Made by a program: the position numbers and the translations under genes
Shown: in pieces, positions 57,304 to 64,000 of the stretch
Position numbering within the stretch: the stretch's first letter is position 1
How the letters are laid out: every line of letters starts with the position of its first letter
Notes under the pieces: generated by a model
The model's input: the letters and a program-made list of their open reading frames with translations, nothing else
Databases searched by the model: none
What the model was told of the DNA's origin: nothing
NCBI GenBank assembly: GCA_964531205.1
Contig: CAZHGH010000003.1
Location: 5,154 to 69,153, forward strand
From: an uncultured bacterium
Lineage (GTDB): Bacteria > Vulcanimicrobiota > Vulcanimicrobiia > Vulcanimicrobiales > Vulcanimicrobiaceae
Reading direction: 5' to 3'
Length of the DNA: 64,000 nt

Positions 57304-58089
57304 ATGAACGACGTACTGAAAATCGGTAAATACGAACTGACATCGCGCTTGATCGTCGGAACCGGAAAATATCCCTCGCTCGAGGTGATGCAAGCGGCGC
57401 ACGCCGCAAGCGGTTCGCAGATGGTGACCGTCGCAATCCGCCGTATCAATTTAGATGATAAAAGCGGCAAGACGATGCTCGACTACATCGACCGCGAGCG
57501 GTACACGATTCTGCCGAACACCGCCGGCTGTTACAGCGCGAAAGAGGCCGTGCTAACTGCGCAGCTGGCGCGCGAACTGCTCGAAACGGATCTGATCAAA
57601 CTCGAAGTGATCGGCGATCCGCAAACGCTATATCCCGACACGCGCGAAACGCTTGCCGCCGCTACGCAACTCGTCAAAGACGGATTTACGGTGCTTCCGT
57701 ACATTCTGGACGATCCGATCGCGTGCAAGCAGCTCGAAGAAGAAGGCTGTGCAGCGGTTATGCCGCTGGCGGCGCCAATCGGCAGCGGTCTCGGCGTCTG
57801 CAATCCGTATTCGATTCGCATCATCAAAGAACGAGCGAACGTCCCGGTGATCGTTGATGCCGGCGTGGGCACGGCAAGCGATGCGGCAATTGCAATGGAG
57901 CTCGGCGTGGATGCGGTACTGATGAACACCGGCATTGCCGCCGCCAAAGATCCAGTGCGCATGGCGGAGGCGATGAAGTACGCGGTTGATGCAGGACGGC
58001 TTGCGTATCTGTCGGGACGAATGGAGAAGCGGCTTTATGCGAACGCCTCCAGCCCGATGCAGAACCTCATTGCTATAGAGAAGACGTAG
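57304..58089 (+). CDS. thiG: Thiazole synthase
   Basis: [18 protein letters not shown]-terminus and family-length TIM barrel. Confidence 0.94.
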   Translation: MNDVLKIGKYELTSRLIVGTGKYPSLEVMQAAHAASGSQMVTVAIRRINLDDKSGKTMLDYIDRERYTILPNTAGCYSAKEAVLTAQLARELLETDLIKLEVIGDPQTLYPDTRETLAAATQLVKDGFTVLPYILDDPIACKQLEEEGCAAVMPLAAPIGSGLGVCNPYSIRIIKERANVPVIVDAGVGTASDAAIAMELGVDAVLMNTGIAAAKDPVRMAEAMKYAVDAGRLAYLSGRMEKRLYANASSPMQNLIAIEKT

Positions 58090-58094
58090 ATCCA

Positions 58095-58412
58095 GTGAAA
58101 GAACTTTCCGTTGAGCAGCTCGCGGAGTGGCGCGCGAGCGGGCGAAGATTCATCCTGCTCGACGTTCGCGAAACACATGAAATCGCGGCAGCGTCGCTTC
58201 CAGATGCGCTGCACATTCCGATGCGCGAGATTCCGGCTCGCCTGAATGAGTTGGATGCGCAGTCCGATATCGCCGTCCTCTGCCATCACGGCGGGCGAAG
58301 CGAACACGTCGCCCGGTTTTTACATGCACGCGGTTTCGAGAACGCCCATAACGTCGAAGGCGGTATCGAGGCCTACGCATTGCGAGTGGATCGATCGATT
58401 CCGCGTTATTAA
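58095..58412 (+). CDS. Single-domain rhodanese sulfurtransferase
   Basis: CHHGGRS active-site loop. Confidence 0.88.
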   Translation: MKELSVEQLAEWRASGRRFILLDVRETHEIAAASLPDALHIPMREIPARLNELDAQSDIAVLCHHGGRSEHVARFLHARGFENAHNVEGGIEAYALRVDRSIPRY

Positions 58413-58996
58413 CGTTTGCGCAGCCGCGCGAACCAATGCACCGTTCCTGACGGCATTTGCGAGTGTGCCCAACGGCCCACGATCGCGTCGGCCGCAGTTT
58501 CTTCAAGGGCTTCGACGTCGAACAGCGGTTCGAGCAATTTCCGCAACGCCGGCTCATCATAATAGACGTGCGGAACGCCTTGCTCGTCGCCTTCGAGCGG
58601 TGCATACGTGTTGTGGTCGACGCAACGCCCCTGACCGAAGCGTGCATCTTTCGTTGATGCAAAGGTTGCATACAGCGGCGCACCAGGCTTGAGCGCACGT
58701 GCGGTTTCACGAATCAGTGCTGAAATATCGGCGGGCGTACCGTGCAAGAGTCCGTGCGTAGTCAGCGCTGCATCGAATTCTGCGCTGGGCAGCGCCGGAG
58801 GCGGCACCAGTCGATCGTCCGTAACTGCTACAACTTGGAAATGCGCTTCGCGCAACGCGTTCGTATTACGGCCCCGGCCGCAACCTAACTCTAAAACGCG
58901 GAACGCTGGTCTTACACCGGTTCGTTCGATCAGTTCCAGTGCCAGCGGATGTGCGCCCTGGTCGCTCATATGGAAGGAGAGTTCGTCCTCGCCCAC
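58409..58996 (-). CDS. Class I SAM-dependent methyltransferase
   Basis: VLELGCGRGRN motif I. Confidence 0.8.
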   Translation of the reverse strand: MGEDELSFHMSDQGAHPLALELIERTGVRPAFRVLELGCGRGRNTNALREAHFQVVAVTDDRLVPPPALPSAEFDAALTTHGLLHGTPADISALIRETARALKPGAPLYATFASTKDARFGQGRCVDHNTYAPLEGDEQGVPHVYYDEPALRKLLEPLFDVEALEETAADAIVGRWAHSQMPSGTVHWFARLRKR

Positions 58997-59008
58997 GATT
59001 TTCCGAGT

Positions 59009-59464
59009 ATGCTCGACATAGGCGCAAAGCTGCCGCGCGTCACCGTGCTCGATGATTCGGGTAAAACGGTCAACACCGCCGATCTTATCGGTAAGACGCT
59101 GGTTTTATGGTTTTATCCCAAAGACGACACACCCGGTTGAACGAACGAAGCGTCGCAGTTTCGCGACGCCTACGCACGTTTCAAGCGCAAAGGTGTTGAG
59201 ATCGTCGGTGTGAGCCGCGACTCGGTCGCCTCGCATCAAAAGTTCAAAGACAAGTATGACATTCCGTTCAAATTGATTTCGGACGTCGACTCGAAGCTGA
59301 GCGACGCGTTCGGAGTGATTGTCGAAAAGAATATGTACGGCAAGATCACGAAGGGCGTTCAGCGGTCGACGTTTCTCATCGATTCGTCCGGTAAGATTCT
59401 CAAGACTTGGCCCAAAGTGAAAGTCGAGGGCCATGCCGAGGAAGTCTACGACTCCTTGCCATGA
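59009..59464 (+). CDS. bcp: Bcp/PrxQ peroxiredoxin with in-frame TGA (59138-59140) at the peroxidatic-Cys position: candidate selenoprotein (or pseudogene)
   Basis: ORFs 58949..59140 and 59210..59464 share a frame with a single intervening stop. The joined product is colinear with Bcp: LVLWFYPKDDTPG-[TGA]-TNEASQFRD...VGVSRDS...FLIDSSGKI. Confidence 0.7.
59143..59181 (+). promoter_or_regulatory. SECIS-like stem-loop downstream of the in-frame UGA
   Basis: Upper stem GCGUCGC (59150-56) / GCGACGC (59163-69) with loop AGUUUC. Optional lower helix 59143-47 / 59177-81. Confidence 0.5.
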
Positions 59465-59493
59465 CCTCTTCCGTGTCGGGGTAGACCGATCGC

Positions 59494-59673
59494 ATGGAAC
59501 GCGATCCAGACCCCACCACGTTCGGTCAGAAGACCGAGACCGGTGAAATCGATCAAGACGAAGATCTAAACGCGAATGCGACCGGCGCTCGCGCTGGCCA
59601 ACCGCAAGAGGGCGACAACGCTCAAGATACGCGGATAGGCATCGTCAACGAAGCAAACTTCGGAACCGACTAA
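59494..59673 (+). CDS. Small acidic hypothetical protein (59 aa)
   Basis: ATG..TAA ORF below the track cutoff (MERDPDPTTFGQKTETGEIDQDEDL...). No homology recognised. Confidence 0.3.
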   Translation: MERDPDPTTFGQKTETGEIDQDEDLNANATGARAGQPQEGDNAQDTRIGIVNEANFGTD

Positions 59674-59681
59674 TAGAAATT

Positions 59682-59874
59682 GTCATCGTGAGGTATCGAA
59701 CGACCCTGAGCGAGCGTTCGGCGTAGCCGAATGCGATGACGAAGGGCGAGCGCGTAGCGCTCGCACGCGTAGCTTATTAAAAAAAAGCGCGCCGTTCCGG
59801 CGCGCCCTTCGACTGCGTGAACGCGTCCGCGTTCCTTTGCTCAGGGTGGTTCGATACCTCACCATGACGATGAC
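59682..59874. repeat. 193-bp element bounded by ~30-bp imperfect inverted repeats with several internal hairpins (MITE-like or structured RNA)
   Basis: 59682-59711 pairs with 59839-59868 at 28/30 positions. Internal GUA-triloop hairpins lie at 59715-33 and 59746-64. Fills the convergent gap up to the pyrE stop. Confidence 0.6.
59779..59805 (-). terminator. Rho-independent terminator of pyrE (minus strand)
   Basis: On the minus strand, GCGCGCCG-GAA-CGGCGCGC followed by U8. Confidence 0.8.
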
Positions 59875-60431
59875 TAATTATCCGTCTTAGCCTGCCCCCT
59901 AGGAAGCGAAAACTGAATGAGCGAGCGCACCGGTGCGAGGCCGCGGCTAACGACGGCACAACACGTAACGCGCAAATTCAGTTCTTCCAAACGCGCCTTC
60001 GCAGCGAGCAATTCGCGTCCGCTGCTCACAACGTCCTCGATCAGCAGCACGCGTTGGCCGGGTTCGTACGGGCCTTCAACATACTCACCGGGAAACGCGC
60101 CGTAGCCTTTCGGCTCTTTGCGTACGGCAAGCAACGAAATGTTACTCATCTGCGAAACGGCGGTCGCGATCACCAGACCGCCGAGTTCCGTCCCGGCAAT
60201 TAAGTCAGGATGCAGTTCTGCGATGAGCGGCACGAATAAGCGCGCGATGCGACGCAGGACTTGTGGATCTGAAAAGAGGCGGAACTTATCGATGTAATAA
60301 TCGCTGCGCGCGCCGCCGGAGAGCACGTAGTCTCCACGCGTAAGCGCACGTTCAACGATAATTTTCCGCAGCCAGGTAAGTTCCGGAATGCGGCCGATCG
60401 GTTCGGGCGAGCCTAAATACTCCATTGCCAT
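59874..60431 (-). CDS. pyrE: Orotate phosphoribosyltransferase
   Basis: YVLSGGARSDYYIDK and PRPP loop VLLIEDVVSSGRE. Confidence 0.85.
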   Translation of the reverse strand: MAMEYLGSPEPIGRIPELTWLRKIIVERALTRGDYVLSGGARSDYYIDKFRLFSDPQVLRRIARLFVPLIAELHPDLIAGTELGGLVIATAVSQMSNISLLAVRKEPKGYGAFPGEYVEGPYEPGQRVLLIEDVVSSGRELLAAKARLEELNLRVTCCAVVSRGLAPVRSLIQFSLPRGQAKTDN

Positions 60432-62041
60432 GCGTTCCAGACTTCGGTAACCGGGTTCGGCTCGAAGCCTTTGAAATTCTGATTGACGGGCTGCAACTGC
60501 CGCTGATAGTACGTGAAACTCTCCGGCACATCCCTATGCAGAATTTCCTGGATGCGGAAGTAGGCCCTTTTGCGCGTCGGCCGATCGTAGTTCTCGAGCG
60601 CCATCTTTTGCGCGGCTTCCATGTCCGGGTTGCAGTAGCGCGAGTAGTTGTAGCCGTGCGGCGCCATATTTTCGCAGGTGTACTGTGAAGAATCGTCCGG
60701 ATCTACGCCCGCGTACCATCCGGCAAGACTTAAGTCGAACTTGCCGTTTTGGAGAATGCCGCCTTCGCCGGCCGGCGCGAACAGCACGTCTGCCTGATAA
60801 TTTTTGATCTGCAGATCGATGCCGGCTTCACGTAGCATCTGCTGCAATTCGACCGACTCTTTGCGCCGCGTCACGTTGCTGCCGTTGCTCACAAGCACGA
60901 GCGTGAGACGCTGCCCGTTCTTGGTGGCGATGCCATCGGGCCCCGGCGTCCATCCGGCTTGCTGAAGCAGTTGCTTGGCTGCCTGCGGATCGTGCGGATA
61001 ATCGCGGATGTTCGGATCGAACGCCCACATAAAGGGCGGTTGGTCCTCGATCGCCACTTTCTGCTGGCCGTACGTCAGCGTATCGATGATCCGCTTTTTA
61101 TCGATTGCGTACGCAATCGCTTGACGCACGCGAACATCCGTTAAGTACGGGCGCTGCACGTTCAGCTGCACGTCTTCGTAGCCGTTCACGTCGACAAAGA
61201 CGAGCTTCACGCCCGGCATCTTGCTGACTTCGGGATAGTTGTTGATGGACGCTTGGAACATCCAGTCGATATCGTGCGTGCGAAGCAGATTGCGGATGGT
61301 GTTCTCATCCGGAATGATACGAACGTAAATGCTGCGCAGACCCGGCTTACCCATAAAGAAGTTGTCGTTCGCCGAAAGCTCGATGTGATCGCCGTGCACC
61401 CAGCGTACGAACTTAAACGGACCGTCGGTCACCGTCGGATCGCTGTTGAACGGAATCATGTTGATGTTCGGGTATTTAGCAAGCACGTGCGCCGGAGCGA
61501 TCGGATACGGCTGGTCGCTCTCCGCGAAGAATGTGTTTACGATCGGCGAGAACTTCCTGGAAAGATGCAAGATGACGGTGTAGTCGTTGGGCGTGTCGAT
61601 GGACTTGATGTAATCGTAGCCGTGCCGCGAGATGACGTTGTTGTTCGGGTTCATGATGGCTTGCCAAGACCATTTCACGTCTTTGCTCGTGACCGGAACG
61701 CCGTCGGACCACTTCGCGTTGTTGCGAAGATGATACGTGATCGTAAGGCCGTCTTTGCTGATGCCGCCATTTTGCTGGCTCGGAACGCTCGTTGCCAGAA
61801 TCGGAACCGGATCGCCTTTCGAATCTGCCGAAAGGAGCGGCTCGAACATCAAACGCGCAACCATCGCGTCGGTCGTGTTCGAGTTCAGCAACGGATTGAG
61901 GTTCTTCAGATCCGACTGAATCGCTATGCGAAGAACGCCCGGCTCTCCGCTACGTGCGCCGCCACCGGCTACGCCACCACCTGTTTGAGTGCAGCCGGAC
62001 AACACGGCGCCAAGAGCGCAGAGCGCCAGAAGACGTTTCAC
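60413..62041 (-). CDS. ABC transporter substrate-binding lipoprotein (family 5, peptide/nickel type)
   Basis: GTG 62041 preceded by GGAGGGAG. Lipobox LSGC. Family-5 SBP length and blocks. The 656-aa ORF extension overlaps EF-G. Confidence 0.85.
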   Translation of the reverse strand: MKRLLALCALGAVLSGCTQTGGGVAGGGARSGEPGVLRIAIQSDLKNLNPLLNSNTTDAMVARLMFEPLLSADSKGDPVPILATSVPSQQNGGISKDGLTITYHLRNNAKWSDGVPVTSKDVKWSWQAIMNPNNNVISRHGYDYIKSIDTPNDYTVILHLSRKFSPIVNTFFAESDQPYPIAPAHVLAKYPNINMIPFNSDPTVTDGPFKFVRWVHGDHIELSANDNFFMGKPGLRSIYVRIIPDENTIRNLLRTHDIDWMFQASINNYPEVSKMPGVKLVFVDVNGYEDVQLNVQRPYLTDVRVRQAIAYAIDKKRIIDTLTYGQQKVAIEDQPPFMWAFDPNIRDYPHDPQAAKQLLQQAGWTPGPDGIATKNGQRLTLVLVSNGSNVTRRKESVELQQMLREAGIDLQIKNYQADVLFAPAGEGGILQNGKFDLSLAGWYAGVDPDDSSQYTCENMAPHGYNYSRYCNPDMEAAQKMALENYDRPTRKRAYFRIQEILHRDVPESFTYYQRQLQPVNQNFKGFEPNPVTEVWNAWQWSI

Positions 62042-62091
62042 TTGCGGTCTCCCTCCACAACGACTAAGGAACCGCGCTCTTTTCGCTATGC

Positions 62092-64000
62092 CTAGACCAC
62101 GGCCTTCGGGCCGCTCCATTTGCCCGGCACGGGATCGAAGCGCTCGTGGCGCCACGAGTAGGTGCCCAAGCCTTGCGTCGCGGTGCGCAGTTCCGTGATG
62201 TAGCGAGAGAGTTCCACTTGGGGCACGTCGGCTTCGACGACATCGAAGCCCGGCTTTCCGGCGGGATTCATTCCGAGAATCTGACCGCGTTTGCCCGTAA
62301 GTTGCTGAATCACCGTGGATGTGTACGAAGACGGCACCGTGACATTGACCCGCACGATCGGTTCGAGCACGACCGGACCGCACTTAGGCAGCGCGTCGCG
62401 AACACCCATGCCGGCGGCTGTTTTGAAAGATTGTTCGCTCGAGTCGACATCGTGATACGCGCCATCGTAAAGGATCACGTGCACGTCCGTAACGGGATAG
62501 CCGCCGACGCTTCCGTGCTGAAGCGCTTCGCGAACGCCTTTCTCAACAGCCGGAATGAATTGTCGCGGTACGACCCCTCCGACGATTTGCTCTTCGAACG
62601 TTACGCCGTTGCCGCGTTCACGTGGTTGAAAACGAAGCCAGACATCGCCGAATTGCCCATGCCCGCCTGTCTGATGTTTATAGCGCGAGTGCACTTCCGT
62701 TCCACTTGTAATGGTTTCTTGGTACGGAACGGTGGGCGGCGCGGTGGTGACTTCGACTTTGAACTTCCGCGTAAGGCGCTCGACCGCAATGGTGACGTGC
62801 TGTTCGCCGCTGCCCAGAAGCAGCAGTTCATTGGTGATCGGCGCGCGCTCTAAACGCAGCGCGGGATCCTCGTCGATGATGCGCGCGAGCATCTGCGAGA
62901 TCTTGGCTTCGTCCATGCGCTCTTTGGGTTTGATCGCCACGGCAAACACCGGCTCGGAAACCGGAACGCGCGGAAGGAGAACTTTAAAGCCGTTTTCCGT
63001 AAGCGTGTCGCCGGTTGCAACATTTTCCATGCGCGCGATCGCAACGATACTGCCCGGTCCCGCTTCGGGAATCGCTTCTTGCTTTTTACCTTGCAGACGA
63101 TAGAGGCCGCCGGAACGCACTTTCTCCGAACCTTTGGAGATGTTCGTGAGCGTTGCGTCGGCTTTGAGCGTTCCGGAGATCAGGCGCACGACCGAAAGTT
63201 TGCCCGACTGCGGATGGACGATCGTTTTAATAACGTGCGCGATAACGGGGCCATCGGCTTTTGGTTCGATGCGGCGTCCTTCGGCATCAACTTGCGGTGC
63301 ATCCAGCGGCGAGGGGAACCATTTCTCCATCGCTTGCACGAGCGCGGTCACGCCGAATCCAGGCAAACCGGCTGCCGTCAAGACCGGAACGATCTGATCG
63401 TGCGCACACTCTTCGCAGAGATCTTTTTGCACCTCATCTTGCGGCGGTTCCAAGCCTTCCAGCAACTCTTCCATGAGATGATCGTCGAAATCAGCCATGG
63501 CTTCGAGCAATTGCGCGTGCGCCGCGTCGACTTGGTCTTGCAGATCCGCTGGAATATCCGTTTCCTTCGGGCGATCGCTGTCGTAGAAATACGCTTTGCG
63601 ATCGGCAAGATCGATATAGCCCTTGAACGTTTCGGCAGCGCCGATGGGCCACTGCTCCGCAACGACGTGTCGTCCGTAACAGCTCTGCAGTTCGTCGAGC
63701 GTTCCCGCGAAGTCCGCTCCCGGACGGTCCATCTTGTTGACGACGAACAGGTGCGGTAACTTACGCGACTCGATGAATTCCACCAAACCTTGCGTCTGCG
63801 CAACGCGCGAGGGATCCGCGTCAACTACGATTACCGCAGCATCGACCCCGGAAAGCGCGACCTTCGTTTCTTCCAAAAAGTCGATGAAGCCGGGGCAATC
63901 GACGATGCTTAAGTCGATTCCGTCAGCGGTGGAGTGCGCGAATCCGACGGTCGTGGATTGCGCATGGTCGACGCATTCCGGTTCGTAATCCGTCGTGGTC
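62092..64000 (-). CDS. Elongation factor G paralogue (partial; N-terminus beyond the window)
   Basis: EF-G domains II-V. The frame stays open upstream of the listed start through DCPGFIDF (variant DxxG G3 motif) to the window edge. Confidence 0.9.
   Translation of the reverse strand, partial: TTTDYEPECVDHAQSTTVGFAHSTADGIDLSIVDCPGFIDFLEETKVALSGVDAAVIVVDADPSRVAQTQGLVEFIESRKLPHLFVVNKMDRPGADFAGTLDELQSCYGRHVVAEQWPIGAAETFKGYIDLADRKAYFYDSDRPKETDIPADLQDQVDAAHAQLLEAMADFDDHLMEELLEGLEPPQDEVQKDLCEECAHDQIVPVLTAAGLPGFGVTALVQAMEKWFPSPLDAPQVDAEGRRIEPKADGPVIAHVIKTIVHPQSGKLSVVRLISGTLKADATLTNISKGSEKVRSGGLYRLQGKKQEAIPEAGPGSIVAIARMENVATGDTLTENGFKVLLPRVPVSEPVFAVAIKPKERMDEAKISQMLARIIDEDPALRLERAPITNELLLLGSGEQHVTIAVERLTRKFKVEVTTAPPTVPYQETITSGTEVHSRYKHQTGGHGQFGDVWLRFQPRERGNGVTFEEQIVGGVVPRQFIPAVEKGVREALQHGSVGGYPVTDVHVILYDGAYHDVDSSEQSFKTAAGMGVRDALPKCGPVVLEPIVRVNVTVPSSYTSTVIQQLTGKRGQILGMNPAGKPGFDVVEADVPQVELSRYITELRTATQGLGTYSWRHERFDPVPGKWSGPKAVV

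Noticed and set aside
59138-59140. The possibility that TGA is reassigned genome-wide (code 4 or 25).
   Set aside because: Many confident genes in the window end at TGA with correct family-length products.
59845-59862. GGTTCGATACC, resembling a tRNA T-arm, inside the right inverted repeat.
   Set aside because: The flanking bases do not form a 5-bp T stem, and no acceptor, D or anticodon arms can be drawn. It is simply part of the inverted repeat.
1-64000. Scan for CRISPR arrays, rRNA or tRNA genes, transposases, integrases, and toxin-antitoxin or restriction-modification genes.
   Set aside because: None found by eye. No regularly spaced repeats occur, and the intergenic regions are nearly all under 110 nt.

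Overview
GC-rich, very gene-dense bacterial chromosomal segment. I call about 68 protein-coding genes, many with 1-, 4- or 8-nt start/stop overlaps. I found no rRNA, tRNA, CRISPR array, transposase, integrase or phage genes. The content is mostly core metabolism and envelope or peptide turnover:
- Peptidases: PepN, PBP4, TldD/PmbA, PepP, and M20, M14, S1 and retropepsin-like enzymes.
- Central metabolism: malic enzyme, a 2-oxoacid dehydrogenase operon, ETF-QO, TrxB, PyrE and an EF-G paralogue.
- Cofactor synthesis: thiO-thiS-thiG, and a fused queD-queE-mqnB-mqnD-namZ operon.
- c-di-GMP parts: a PilZ protein and a GAF-GGDEF cyclase.

I see no defence island or mobile element. The observations most worth a second look are:
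1. A Bcp/PrxQ peroxiredoxin whose peroxidatic-Cys codon is an in-frame TGA, followed by a SECIS-like hairpin (candidate selenoprotein).
2. A 193-bp highly structured inverted-repeat element in the convergent gap next to pyrE.
3. A glcD-glcE operon that ends in a YtpB/DUF2600-like terpene-synthase homologue instead of glcF.
4. Tandem diverged E1-alpha paralogues sharing one E1-beta and one E2.
5. A translationally coupled trio of SLOG/TIGR00725 protein, beta-CASP nuclease and secreted hydrolase-like protein.
6. A DDAH-fold protein that lacks the catalytic Cys and His, embedded between two phosphoesterases.

All family assignments come from motifs read by eye in the supplied translations. No database search was run.
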